Assembly (NCBI GenBank): GCA_050287085.1 | Contig: JBNKBE010000020.1 | Span: 1-64,000, forward strand | Source: Polyangiaceae bacterium | GTDB taxonomy: Bacteria > Myxococcota_A > Polyangia > Polyangiales > Polyangiaceae | Direction of reading: 5' to 3' | DNA: 64,000 nucleotides | Shown: piece after piece, positions 49,054-59,205 of the stretch | Numbering within the stretch: position 1 is the stretch's first letter | Layout of the letters: every line of letters starts with the position of its first letter | Made by a program: the position numbers and the translations under genes | The notes under the pieces: generated by a model | What the model was told of the DNA's origin: nothing | The model's input: only the letters and a program-made list of their open reading frames with translations | Database searches by the model: none

Positions 49054-50427
49054 ATGGACTTTCACCGCCCTACGCGCGTACTCGCCCTCGCCGCATCCCT
49101 GTTTGGCTCGATGGTGGCGCCTGCTCTCGCAGACGTAGTCGACGAACTTGAGCCGGGCCAGTGGTTGGAACTCCCCGGCACCCAACTCAATTCGGTCGCC
49201 CCGGCACCGCCACCGCCGGGCGTCCAAAGCGCAGCCGAGGGCGTTTTTGCCTACAGTGGAGCAGCGTGGGATGACGCACGTGAGCGCCTGCTGATCTGGG
49301 GCGGAGGCCACAGCGACTACGCCGGAAACGAAGTGTACGCTTTCGATATGGCCACCCTGAGCTGGACCCGCACCTGGGGCCCTACGCCGAACTCCGACAT
49401 CCCAGCTTGCGACAGCGGGTGCGAAAGCTACGACGACAACAATCCCGCGTCGCGACACACGTACGACGCACTCGTATACGTAGGTCTCTCAGCCTCAACC
49501 CCAATCGATGCGCTCTATTCGCTGGGAGGCTCACGCTATCAAAACGGCAATGGTAGTTCACAGGTCTGGCGCTTCGACTTTGGCGCCCTGTCCTGGCACA
49601 ACCTCGGTGAGTATCCCGGCTCGGACATGCTCGGCAACAACGCGGTCTTCGATCCGGTGAGCGGGCAGGTCATCCTGCGCAACAACACGCATATCGTACA
49701 ATACGATCCAGTCGCCGACTCTTGGACGGTGCGCTACACGCAGGACGGGATGTTTTGGGCGGGCGCTACGACAGCCGCACTCGATCCAGAACGCAACCTC
49801 ATCGTCTTTGTCGGCGGCATCGCAGGGGTCTCCACCTTCGATCTTGTAACGGGCGAATACGCGGTACGTCCTACACGTGGCGGCGATTCGTTTGTTCATG
49901 GGGTGGCGCCAGGCTTCGCCTATGACAGCGCCACTCGCAAGATGGTGGCATGGCACGGCGGCAGCGACGTCTACAGTCTCGACCTAGACACCTGGACCTG
50001 GGCCCAGCACTCGGCGAGCAGCGCGACCGTGCCAACAGCTCCAGCAGAACCTGGCACCTTCGGGCGCTTTCGTTACGCACCCTCCCGCAACGTGTTTGTA
50101 CTGGTCAACGCCGCCGATGAGAATGTGTTCGTCTATCGCCTCTCGGCGGGTGAAGGCATCGAAGCGAAACCAGGGTTCTCGCTCGACGGGGGCGTCACCA
50201 ACGTGGGCAAGAGCGGCGACGCGGGCACAACACTCGAAGAGGACACAGACCTCGTCCCCGAACAACACGCGCCCGGCGCGGCCGGCTGCAAATGCCACGT
50301 GAAACGGTCGTCCCCAGGCGCCGCAGAAGCATTCTTAGTTGGGCTCGCCCTCATCCTGGTGCAACGACGCCGCGAACGCTCCGTGAATGCGACACCCCGT
50401 GCGCCGCAGAACGCGCGGCGCACGTAG
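49054..50427 (+). CDS. Secreted Kelch-like beta-propeller protein with a MYXO-CTERM-type sorting signal
   Basis: Signal peptide (ALA-D), WGGGHSDYAGNEVYAFD, repeated (F/Y)D...W blades, and C-terminal GCKC...FLVGLALILVQRRR. Confidence 0.75.
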   Translation: MDFHRPTRVLALAASLFGSMVAPALADVVDELEPGQWLELPGTQLNSVAPAPPPPGVQSAAEGVFAYSGAAWDDARERLLIWGGGHSDYAGNEVYAFDMATLSWTRTWGPTPNSDIPACDSGCESYDDNNPASRHTYDALVYVGLSASTPIDALYSLGGSRYQNGNGSSQVWRFDFGALSWHNLGEYPGSDMLGNNAVFDPVSGQVILRNNTHIVQYDPVADSWTVRYTQDGMFWAGATTAALDPERNLIVFVGGIAGVSTFDLVTGEYAVRPTRGGDSFVHGVAPGFAYDSATRKMVAWHGGSDVYSLDLDTWTWAQHSASSATVPTAPAEPGTFGRFRYAPSRNVFVLVNAADENVFVYRLSAGEGIEAKPGFSLDGGVTNVGKSGDAGTTLEEDTDLVPEQHAPGAAGCKCHVKRSSPGAAEAFLVGLALILVQRRRERSVNATPRAPQNARRT

Positions 50428-50653
50428 CGCTCGCTTCATGCTCGCCCTCAGCAGCTCGCTGCGATAGCCGTCCATAGCTAAACACACCGCCGCAGCGGCC
50501 GCACGTTCCCACATGGTAGCGTGCAGCGTCGGCACACCCGCCCCTCGCCGTTCGACCTGAGCGGCCGAATTCCATTCGCAATCGGTCGCACCGTGCTGGA
50601 AAATCGCGGACGTCGACCTATACTGCTCATCTTCACGAGGGAGCAGGTAAGCA

Positions 50654-51388
50654 ATGAACGAGCTGTTGGCGACCAGTCTGGCATTTCCAACGGTTGTCTA
50701 CAGCGTGGCCCTCGGCGTGTGTCTGCTGTACTGGGCGCTGGTATTCTTGGGCGCGTTGGGTGTCGACTTGACCGGCGACGGGGACGCCGATGTCGACGCC
50801 ACAGATAGCACAGGATCGGCCCCGGCGGTTATGGGGCTCATTGGATTGAGTCACTTGGGCCAAGTCCCCATCACGGTGGCCTTCAGCCTGGTCTCCCTCT
50901 TCGGCTGGTTCGTCAGTGGCTTGCTAAGCCGTAGAGAGGCTCTACTCGGGGCGTTTGTCTCCGAATCCGTCCTACACATCCTTGTACTGTTGGTAGCCTT
51001 GCTCGTAGCCATACGCATTGCGGGGTGGGCCGCCCTTCCACTGGCTCCGCTGTTTGACGCCCACCACGCACCGTCGCGGCATAGCTTGGTTGGGCGTGTG
51101 GTCGAGGTCTCAACGGGCGAGGTCAATCGCCGCTTCGGTCAGGCACGCCTGGAGGACGGCGGCGCTGGACTGGTTCTGCAGGTCCGTTGTGACCCGAGTC
51201 GCGAACTACGGCGCGGTCAACAGGCGCTCATCATCGAACACAACGATGCGCTCGAATTCTACGAGGTCGAACCGATGGACGCACTGCTGCATGCAACCTC
51301 CAATGACCACCACCTCCCGAGTCTTTCAGCCCCCGAATCAACGGGGTTCAAACCAGGAAAGGCTACAACCCCAAATGAAGATACGTAG
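50654..51388 (+). CDS. YqiJ/NfeD-like membrane protein with an OB-fold (flotillin partner)
   Basis: FPTVVYS...YW TM, acidic loop, VPIT, further TMs, then LVGRVVEV...FGQARLEDGGAGLVLQVR. GAGGGAG RBS upstream. Confidence 0.8.
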   Translation: MNELLATSLAFPTVVYSVALGVCLLYWALVFLGALGVDLTGDGDADVDATDSTGSAPAVMGLIGLSHLGQVPITVAFSLVSLFGWFVSGLLSRREALLGAFVSESVLHILVLLVALLVAIRIAGWAALPLAPLFDAHHAPSRHSLVGRVVEVSTGEVNRRFGQARLEDGGAGLVLQVRCDPSRELRRGQQALIIEHNDALEFYEVEPMDALLHATSNDHHLPSLSAPESTGFKPGKATTPNEDT

Positions 51389-51469
51389 CCTGAGACGATA
51401 GGTGACTGAAGCGGAGTTCAAGACCCCGAGGCAGCTGTTGCGTGCAAAGAAGGACACGCAAGACGCGGA

Positions 51470-53722
51470 ATGCCGGTGAGCAATGACCACCGGTCATCGC
51501 AGAAAGTAGTACGGATCATGAGTGAAATAATGCAGGTGGACCTGCTCGGACTGGGAATCGCAGTAGGACTCATCTTCATCATCCTGGTCGGGTTGTTGAC
51601 CCTGGTTGCGCGCTTCTATCGCAAGGTGGACCAAGGGCGAGCCCTCATCGTGAACACGATGCGGCAGGAGCCGATTGTGACCTTCACTGGGCGCACGGTA
51701 TTTCCGATTATTCACCGTGCTGAAGAGATGGATATTTCGGTCAAGACGATCGAGATCGATCGTCGCGGAAAAGATGGCCTTATCTGCAAGGACAACATCC
51801 GAGCTGACATAAAGGTTACCTTCTTTGTCCGCGTCAACAAGACGACGGAAGATGTCATGAAGGTCGCGCAAGCCATTGGGTGCGCACGCGCCTCGGACCA
51901 AGACACATTGGAGACCATTTTCGTTGCGAAGTTCTCCGAAGGCCTGAAGACGGTAGGTAAGCGGCTTGAGTTCGAAGAACTCTATTCTAAGCGCGACGAA
52001 TTTCGCGACGCGATCATTGATGTGATCGGCAAAGACCTCAATGGGTTCATTCTCGACGACGCCGCGATCGACTATCTGGAACAGACGTCTCTTGCCGCGC
52101 TAGACCCGAGCAACATCCTGGACGCCCAGGGTATTCGCAAGATCACCGAGCTGACGGCAGCGCAGAACGTGCGCACCAACGATCTCAAACAGGAAGAGCG
52201 GAAGGCAATCCGCAAGAAGGACGTCGAGGCGGAGGAAGCGATCTTGGAACTGGACCGCCAAGCCGCAGACGCAGCAGCCAAGCAGCAACGAGAGATCGCT
52301 GTCATTGTGGCGCGTGAAGCGGCGGAGACCCTCCGGGTGCAAGCTGAGGAACGCAAGAAGGCCGAGCTCGCGCGCCTCAAACAGGAAGAGGACGTCCAGG
52401 TTCAAGAACAAAGCAAGTTGCGGCAAATCGAAATCGCCCAGAAAGGGAGAGAGAGAGTTGTCGCGGTGGAGAATGAGCGAGTGGAGAAAGACCGCGCGCT
52501 CGAAGCCATTGCTCGGGAACGTGAAGTCGAACTGCAGCGCATCGACAAGGAAAAGGCGCTCGAGGTTGAGCGCAAGGCGATCGCCGAGGTCGTCGCGGGT
52601 CGCGTCAGCGTCGAGAAAGGCGTGGCTGAAGAAGAAGAACGCATCAAGGACGTACGGGTGGTCGCAGACGCCAAACGCAAGAAAGAAGCAAAGGTGATCG
52701 GCGCCGAGGCAGAGGCGCAAGAGAAGCTCGTTGTTCAGATAAAGTCTGCTGAAGCCTCGGAGCAGGTCGCTCGCCACAAGGCCAAAGAGGAGTTGGTCAT
52801 CGCCGAGGCGAAACTTGAGGCATCCGATCGCCTGGCCCGTGCAAAGATCCGTGAAGCAGACGGCGCACAAGCCGAGTATGCAGCTCAAGGACTCGCCGCG
52901 GCCAAGGTCAAGGAGGCCGATGCCCTGGCTGTTGAAAAGCTTGGCTCAGCAGAGGCCCGCATCGCGCTGGAAAAGGCTCAAGCCGAAGCCAAGGGAGAAG
53001 AAGAAACCGGCATGGCGCGCATTCGCGTACGCGAAGCCGAGGCCCATGCGATCGAGCGACAAGGGGCTGCGGAAGCCACCGCCACCAAGGACATGCTGGT
53101 CGCCCAGGCCGCAGGCGAGGAGTCCAAGGGACTGGCCGCGGCCAAGATCAAAGAAGCGGACGCCGCAGCGACAGAAAAGCTCGCCGTTGCCGAGGCAGCA
53201 GGCATCAAGGAGCGTATGAGCGCGGAGGCCTCCGGCCTAAGCGAGAAAGCAAAGGCGCTCCAGGCACTGTCCGGCGAAGCGCGTGCCCACGAGGAATACC
53301 GACTGCAGCTCGAGCAGCAATTGCAGCTGGAAAAGGAGCGCCTCGCTGCGCGACGTGACATTGCATCCGACCAGGCCCAAGTGATGGCCACCGCGATGGG
53401 CCAAGCCAAGATCAATATCGTGGGCGGTGACGGCTCGTTTCTCAATCAATTCTTCAAAGCGGTAAGCCTGGGACAAGCGGTCGATGGTGCCGTCGGCAGT
53501 AGCGAACTGCTGACATCCGCGACGGACGACTACAAGAGCGGCGCAGCTAGCCTCCGGCAGGACGTCAAAGACGTTCTGAGCGGAGCTGCGCTCAACTCGG
53601 AGAGCCTGAAGAACCTATCTATCGTAGCCGCTCTCAACCACGTGATGCAGGCGTCTGGCCCTGAGCAGCAGTCGAAGCTGACTCAGCTTATCGAGCACGC
53701 CCGAAGCTTGGGGCTGAAGTAG
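51470..53722 (+). CDS. SPFH/flotillin (YqiK-like) protein with a long coiled coil
   Basis: N-terminal TM, GLICKDNIRADIKVTFFVRVN, AIDYLEQT, ILDAQGIRKIT and AEA-rich repeats. Alternative start at ATG 51518. Confidence 0.9.
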   Translation: MPVSNDHRSSQKVVRIMSEIMQVDLLGLGIAVGLIFIILVGLLTLVARFYRKVDQGRALIVNTMRQEPIVTFTGRTVFPIIHRAEEMDISVKTIEIDRRGKDGLICKDNIRADIKVTFFVRVNKTTEDVMKVAQAIGCARASDQDTLETIFVAKFSEGLKTVGKRLEFEELYSKRDEFRDAIIDVIGKDLNGFILDDAAIDYLEQTSLAALDPSNILDAQGIRKITELTAAQNVRTNDLKQEERKAIRKKDVEAEEAILELDRQAADAAAKQQREIAVIVAREAAETLRVQAEERKKAELARLKQEEDVQVQEQSKLRQIEIAQKGRERVVAVENERVEKDRALEAIAREREVELQRIDKEKALEVERKAIAEVVAGRVSVEKGVAEEEERIKDVRVVADAKRKKEAKVIGAEAEAQEKLVVQIKSAEASEQVARHKAKEELVIAEAKLEASDRLARAKIREADGAQAEYAAQGLAAAKVKEADALAVEKLGSAEARIALEKAQAEAKGEEETGMARIRVREAEAHAIERQGAAEATATKDMLVAQAAGEESKGLAAAKIKEADAAATEKLAVAEAAGIKERMSAEASGLSEKAKALQALSGEARAHEEYRLQLEQQLQLEKERLAARRDIASDQAQVMATAMGQAKINIVGGDGSFLNQFFKAVSLGQAVDGAVGSSELLTSATDDYKSGAASLRQDVKDVLSGAALNSESLKNLSIVAALNHVMQASGPEQQSKLTQLIEHARSLGLK

Positions 53723-53733
53723 CAGTAGGCCCG

Positions 53734-56700
53734 ATGTCTGCAGAACTAGACGCCTCTGAGCGCAGCGGTGGCAGCTACGAGGTCATCCGTGCCCGTTTGC
53801 TCAAGCACGCCGCTGTGCTCCGCGAACGCGCACAGAAGCTCAACACGGAGCGCAGTGAACGGTTCGGCGGTCAGGAGCTACGCGCGGTAAAAAACCTGCG
53901 CGTGCGCACCGAGAACAACTGCATTCCGTGCGACATCGCCCAAGTCCAAGGGCATCTGCTCTTTGGCTTCAATGTGTTCATGGGACTTAAGCCGGAAACG
54001 ACAGTGCCGGACGTCCTCACCCTGCACCATCTGGCAACAAGTGCCGAAGAAGTCGAACTTTCGCGCCTTTCCTCCGACTCCCCGAGCGCCGCGTTTTTGT
54101 CGGAGGGCGCGTTCGTCAATGAGTTCACGGAGCTGTATCGCTTCTACAAGGAAACGCGGCTCGCGCAGCTGGTACGACAAGAGAACAAGCTGCTAGCCAT
54201 CTTCCGAATTGGACAGCGAGCTGAGGACAAGCGCGTCTTTCGCTGGGCCCTAGGTAGCGACGGCGCAGCTACATACATCGACAATCGCGGTGAACGCGAC
54301 CATCTGCCCCCGCCCCAGCACGACTTCGAATGGACCCTGGCCACTCGCAACGACCAGGTTTCCGGACGACATCCCCATGTGTCGATTCTAGGTGAAGTCT
54401 TCGTGGAGACGGTGGGGGGAGATCTCACCATCAAGGTAGAAAACAACACGGAAAGCGGCGAAGGCATCCTTTCGGAGCCCGTGGCGGAGCCGCGTCAAAC
54501 CCTGGACGACGCAGAATACTCCTACGCCCGGCTGGGCGCTCTCATATTGCTGCGGATCCTTCCGTACAACGAGCAAAACCACCGCTACTTCGTCTTCGAC
54601 ATCCGTACGCGCAGGGTCGCTCGCATCGATGCTATCGGGCTGTCCTGTGTCCAACTACCGGAAGACCACGGCATCATCTTCCCTGGTGGCCATTTCCTTC
54701 CGGGCGGCGAAAGCAAAGTTTTCGACGGCGACTTTTCTGGGTTCACGTTCGAGCGCACGGTGCGTTCACCGAATGGCGAAGATGTACTCTACGTCTTTCA
54801 TCGAGTTGTGGACGGCGCGTACCGGCTTCTGTCTTACAATCTGATCCGAAAAGAACTGCAGACCCCGCTCTTGTGCCACGGCTACTCCCTCTTTGAGGAC
54901 GGCGCTATGGTCGTATTCAAGGCTGGTGACGAGCCCACCCGGGTGCATGTGTTGCAGCTCTGGAGCACCCCATTCGTGTCTGCCGAGCATGCGGCAAAGC
55001 AGCCCGAGGACCACAGCCCTCTCGGCCGCATCGGCAACGCGGAGCTCGTGCGTGGCATCTCCGACGTGCTGACGATAGTGCGGGATTCGGAGGCAGCGAG
55101 CACGCGCCAAGGCTTCGAAGATCTCGTCGCCGGCTGCGTGCGAGCCCTGGACGGCTACTATTGGCTGGGGCAGGAAGAGGTCTTCAATCTTGCAGCCGAA
55201 GTCAAGGCCGTTCGCGAAAGCGCTGAACGGGTCTTGGACGAGTTTGACAAGGTGGTCGAAGCGCGTCGCATAGCGAGCGAAGCCCTGGCACAAGCAAAGT
55301 CAGCTCAGGAAGCGTTGATAGCGTCACTTCGCTTGGACAGCTTCACAGGGGTGGCGCAGTTTATGAGTGCCCTTGCGGACCTTCGCCGCCAGCGTGGTCA
55401 CCTCATCTCCCTCAAGGAAACGCGCTACATCGACCTCGAAGCGCTCTCGAAGCTCGAGCGACAGGTAGTCCATGCCTTCGAAGCGACCGGTAGCGCGACG
55501 GCTCAGTTTCTGCTCCGTCCGGACGCTCTAGCACCCGTCGTGTCGAACTTGGAGGATATTCTCCAGCAGATCGAAACGGCGCAGAAGACACCCGTGCTGG
55601 TGCAGCAGTCCACACGACTCGAACGCGTCAGCGAGGGACTCAATGTGCTTTCCGACGTGGTTGCCAGCCTCCAAACGGATGACCCAACGGACCGTACACG
55701 GATCCTGCAGCATGTAAGCGAGGTGTTTGCTCATCTCAACCGGGTGCGTGCCACCGAGACAGCCCGCCGCAAAGAACTCATCACCGTGGAGGGCCAGGCC
55801 GAGTTCGGAGCCCAGTTCGCCCTGTTCGCACAAACGCTTGCAAGTGCACTGACTGCCGCCACCACCGTGTCCAGCTGCGACGACCAGCTGTCGCGATTGC
55901 TTGTGCAATTGGAAGAGCTCGAGGCCCGATTCTCCGAGTTTGACGACTTCGTGGTGCAACTGGCCGTGAAACGCGACGAGGTCTATGAGACCTTCACCCA
56001 GCGCCGCCAGTCGCTGCTCGACCGACAGCAGGCGCGCGGGCGGAGCCTCGAACAAGCCGCCGCTCGCATCGTCCAGAGCATCGCGAGACGCGCCGATTCG
56101 TTCAAGAATGCCAGTGACCTCAATGCCTATTTCGCCAGCGACGCGATGGTGCTCAAAGTTCACCAAATCGCGGAGCAACTCAAGGAGCTGGGCGACGCCA
56201 CGCGCAGCGACGAGGTGGAATCCAAACTGAAAACAGCGCGTCAGAACGCGCTCCGGGCCCTGCGCGACAAGAGCGAGCTGTTCGCCGCCGGTGAGAATGT
56301 TATTCAGCTGGGAGACCATCTATTCAACATCAACACTCAGGCTCTTGAGTTGACGCTCTTGCCTGAGGAGAAGCAGCTCGTGTTCTCACTCACGGGTACA
56401 GACTTCAGAGAGCCCGTCACGGACGCACGACTGACGGGTAGCGAGACGTTTTGGACGCAAAGCCTCGCGTCCGAGAATGCCACCGTTTATCGCGCCGAAT
56501 ACCTGGCCGCGAGCCTGCTATTTGCCGCCGAAGACGGAGCCCAGAAGCTCTCGCTTCAGGCGCTGCGCGATGCTCTGCGCGAAGAGCGGCTACTAACTCT
56601 GGTGCAGGCGTTCGCTGCAGACCGCTACTCCGAGGGCTACGAGCGGGGAGTGCACGACACTGACGCTGCCCGGATCCTAGAGCAATTGCTTCCCTTATAC

Positions 56701-58962
56701 GAGGCCTCACCCGCACTCCGCTTCACGTCTGTAGACCGGGCCCTGGCAGGTGCCTGGTGGTGGCTTCACGGGCAGACCGACTTCGGTCAACGACTGCTGC
56801 GGCAAGCGCGAAGTTTCAAGCGCATGCATGAACACTTGGGAGGCCACTGGGCGGGCACAGAGTTGGAAGCGGAACTGACTTGCGTGCTGCAGAACGACCT
56901 CAAGCAGGCGGGGTTCACTTTGCAGGGCGGACTGCAGGGCAACTTGAGCGACGCCGCCCGCTTCTTGATTGGGCAGCTGGGCAAGGAACGCTTCGAGCTG
57001 GACACCGCGCGCGCCGCTGCGGAGCTCGCAACCGGGCTACGACAAGAACTGGAACGCCGGAGCGCCCGCCGCGAACTGGAGCAGGAGCTAGCGGCCTTGG
57101 AAAAGGCACCAGCCCAGGCGCTCGAGCTCGCGACACATTGGTGCGCGCAGTTTGCAACGGCACACGCCCCAAGCCAGCGCGAGTTTGCTAGCGAAGCCGG
57201 GCTACTCCTCCTTTCTGAACGACAGGTGCCACGCTCCGTGACCAGCGCGCGCGTGGATACGACGGTCGCCGACCTGCTCGGCTCTCACCCGCGGATCATC
57301 GACCGCCAGCTAAACCTCCGATTGGACGAATTTCTAGCACGGCTGGGGCGCTTCGCGAAGGAGACGGTGCCGGCCTACAACACCTACCGCGCGCTGCGAC
57401 AAGTGCTGATTGAGGAGAAGCGACACCAGCTGCGCCTGGAAGAGTTCAAGCCGCGAGTGCTTTCGTCCTTCGTGCGCAACCGGCTGGTGAGCGAGGTCTA
57501 TCTCCCGCTCATTGGCGCAAACTTCGCCAAACAGCTCGGTGCTGCGGGCGCCAAGAAGCGCACCGATCTGATGGGGCTACTCCTACTCATCTCGCCCCCC
57601 GGCTACGGAAAAACCACTTTGATGGAATACGTGGCAAATAGACTTGGCCTCGTTTTCGTCAAGGTCAACGGCCCGGCCCTGGGCCATTCGGTCTTGTCGC
57701 TGGACCCATCAGAGGCGCCCAACAAGACTGCCCAGCAAGAAGTCGAAAAGCTGAACTTCGCGCTCGAGCTTGGCAACAATGTAATGCTGTATCTTGACGA
57801 CATTCAGCACACCAACCCTGAGTTTCTGCAGAAGTTCATTTCGCTATGCGACGCTCAGCGCCGGATCGAAGGCGTTTGGAAGGGTCGGACGCGCACGTAC
57901 GACCTGCGTGGCAAGAAGTTCTGCGTCGTCATGGCAGGAAACCCATACACCGAGTCCGGAGAGAAGTTCCAAATCCCCGACATGCTCTCAAACCGCGCAG
58001 ACACCTACAACTTGGGCGACGTACTGGCAGGAAGGGACGATGTGTTTGCGCTGAGCTACCTGGAAAATGCCCTCACCTCCAACCCGGTACTCGCACCACT
58101 CTCGCTTCGGTCACCGCGCGACGTACACACCTTTCTGCGCATGGCTAGCGATCCGGTCGGACAAGAGCTCCCCGCTTTGGAACATGCCTATTCGGCAGCA
58201 GAGTCAGATGACATCACCCGGACGTTTCGTCTGCTCATGGCCGTGCAGCGTATCGTATTGCGAATAAACATGGAGTATATCGCCTCCGCGTCCATGGACG
58301 ATTCGTTCCGAACGGAGCCGGCTTTCAAGCTGCAAGGAAGCTACCGTAACATGGCCAAGCTGGCCGAAAAGGTGGCTCCAGCCATGAACGACGCAGAACT
58401 GCAGGCGCTGCTCGACGACCACTATACGTCAGAAGCACAAACGCTCACAACGGGCGCAGAGCACAACCTGCTGAAGCTGGCGGAGCTACGGGGGCGTCTC
58501 ACACCGGAGCAGACGCAGCGTTGGGAGGACATCAAGAGAAGCTATCAACGCGAGCGTGCACTAGGAGGGCAAGGAGCGGACTCAGCGACGCGTCTGATAG
58601 GGCAGTTGGGACAGGTCGGCGAACAGATCGCAGGGATTCGCGAGGTGATTGCACTCAGTGGCAAGCGTGAGCAGCCACCCTGGGTGGCCGCGCATATGCA
58701 GCGGCTAGAGTCCGCCATCGAGCAGCTGAGGGGCGCGCGCTTCGATATCTTGGTCAAGAACGAGCCGCCGCCGGGGATCGGTGAGCTATTAACCCAGCAG
58801 GTTGATATCCTCGAGAAGACACTGGTACCCTTTCTGCGCGTCGCAACGGAGCGACTCGACGATAGTCTCGAGTTGCGCAAGCGTCTGGACACGTTCATCG
58901 CGGAGCTGAGAACGGTGGACGGGCTACTGCGCAGGCAATCGGATCTCGGGCCCAAGACGTGA
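53734..58962 (+). CDS. 1742-aa AAA+ ATPase (DUF3686/'DNA repair ATPase'-type)
   Basis: N-terminal beta-rich domain (GRHPHVSI, VETVGGDLTIKVENNT, LPEDHGIIFPGG), coiled coil, Walker A SPPGYGKTT, Walker B MLYLDD, VMAGNPY, NRAD, FKLQGSYRNM. Confidence 0.9.
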   Translation: MSAELDASERSGGSYEVIRARLLKHAAVLRERAQKLNTERSERFGGQELRAVKNLRVRTENNCIPCDIAQVQGHLLFGFNVFMGLKPETTVPDVLTLHHLATSAEEVELSRLSSDSPSAAFLSEGAFVNEFTELYRFYKETRLAQLVRQENKLLAIFRIGQRAEDKRVFRWALGSDGAATYIDNRGERDHLPPPQHDFEWTLATRNDQVSGRHPHVSILGEVFVETVGGDLTIKVENNTESGEGILSEPVAEPRQTLDDAEYSYARLGALILLRILPYNEQNHRYFVFDIRTRRVARIDAIGLSCVQLPEDHGIIFPGGHFLPGGESKVFDGDFSGFTFERTVRSPNGEDVLYVFHRVVDGAYRLLSYNLIRKELQTPLLCHGYSLFEDGAMVVFKAGDEPTRVHVLQLWSTPFVSAEHAAKQPEDHSPLGRIGNAELVRGISDVLTIVRDSEAASTRQGFEDLVAGCVRALDGYYWLGQEEVFNLAAEVKAVRESAERVLDEFDKVVEARRIASEALAQAKSAQEALIASLRLDSFTGVAQFMSALADLRRQRGHLISLKETRYIDLEALSKLERQVVHAFEATGSATAQFLLRPDALAPVVSNLEDILQQIETAQKTPVLVQQSTRLERVSEGLNVLSDVVASLQTDDPTDRTRILQHVSEVFAHLNRVRATETARRKELITVEGQAEFGAQFALFAQTLASALTAATTVSSCDDQLSRLLVQLEELEARFSEFDDFVVQLAVKRDEVYETFTQRRQSLLDRQQARGRSLEQAAARIVQSIARRADSFKNASDLNAYFASDAMVLKVHQIAEQLKELGDATRSDEVESKLKTARQNALRALRDKSELFAAGENVIQLGDHLFNINTQALELTLLPEEKQLVFSLTGTDFREPVTDARLTGSETFWTQSLASENATVYRAEYLAASLLFAAEDGAQKLSLQALRDALREERLLTLVQAFAADRYSEGYERGVHDTDAARILEQLLPLYEASPALRFTSVDRALAGAWWWLHGQTDFGQRLLRQARSFKRMHEHLGGHWAGTELEAELTCVLQNDLKQAGFTLQGGLQGNLSDAARFLIGQLGKERFELDTARAAAELATGLRQELERRSARRELEQELAALEKAPAQALELATHWCAQFATAHAPSQREFASEAGLLLLSERQVPRSVTSARVDTTVADLLGSHPRIIDRQLNLRLDEFLARLGRFAKETVPAYNTYRALRQVLIEEKRHQLRLEEFKPRVLSSFVRNRLVSEVYLPLIGANFAKQLGAAGAKKRTDLMGLLLLISPPGYGKTTLMEYVANRLGLVFVKVNGPALGHSVLSLDPSEAPNKTAQQEVEKLNFALELGNNVMLYLDDIQHTNPEFLQKFISLCDAQRRIEGVWKGRTRTYDLRGKKFCVVMAGNPYTESGEKFQIPDMLSNRADTYNLGDVLAGRDDVFALSYLENALTSNPVLAPLSLRSPRDVHTFLRMASDPVGQELPALEHAYSAAESDDITRTFRLLMAVQRIVLRINMEYIASASMDDSFRTEPAFKLQGSYRNMAKLAEKVAPAMNDAELQALLDDHYTSEAQTLTTGAEHNLLKLAELRGRLTPEQTQRWEDIKRSYQRERALGGQGADSATRLIGQLGQVGEQIAGIREVIALSGKREQPPWVAAHMQRLESAIEQLRGARFDILVKNEPPPGIGELLTQQVDILEKTLVPFLRVATERLDDSLELRKRLDTFIAELRTVDGLLRRQSDLGPKT

Positions 58963-59171
58963 CCCACCTCGAGACGCGCACAGACATAACCTGTCCGGCC
59001 TGCGGTCATTCCGAGACCGAAGATATGCCCCTTGAGTATTGCCTGGTGCGCTACACCTGCGCGCACTGTGGGGAGCTGCTGCGCCCGCTCGCGGGCGACT
59101 GCTGTGTCTTCTGCTCCTACGCCAACAGGCCGTGTCCACCGATACAACTATCAGGCAAGACCTGCTGCTGA
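58959..59171 (+). CDS. GDCCVxC-domain small Cys-rich protein
   Basis: ITCPACG...MP...C...CAHCG...GDCCVFCSY...CPPIQ...CC. GTGA overlap with the ATPase stop. Confidence 0.85.
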   Translation: MTHLETRTDITCPACGHSETEDMPLEYCLVRYTCAHCGELLRPLAGDCCVFCSYANRPCPPIQLSGKTCC

Positions 59172-59205
59172 ACCATATGATGCCCGTTGGCTCTTGGCGA
59201 ATTTC

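Noticed and set aside
59169..59205. Selenocysteine readthrough of the TGA after ...CC in the GDCCVxC gene
   Set aside because: No convincing SECIS-like hairpin downstream, and another TGA follows two codons later.
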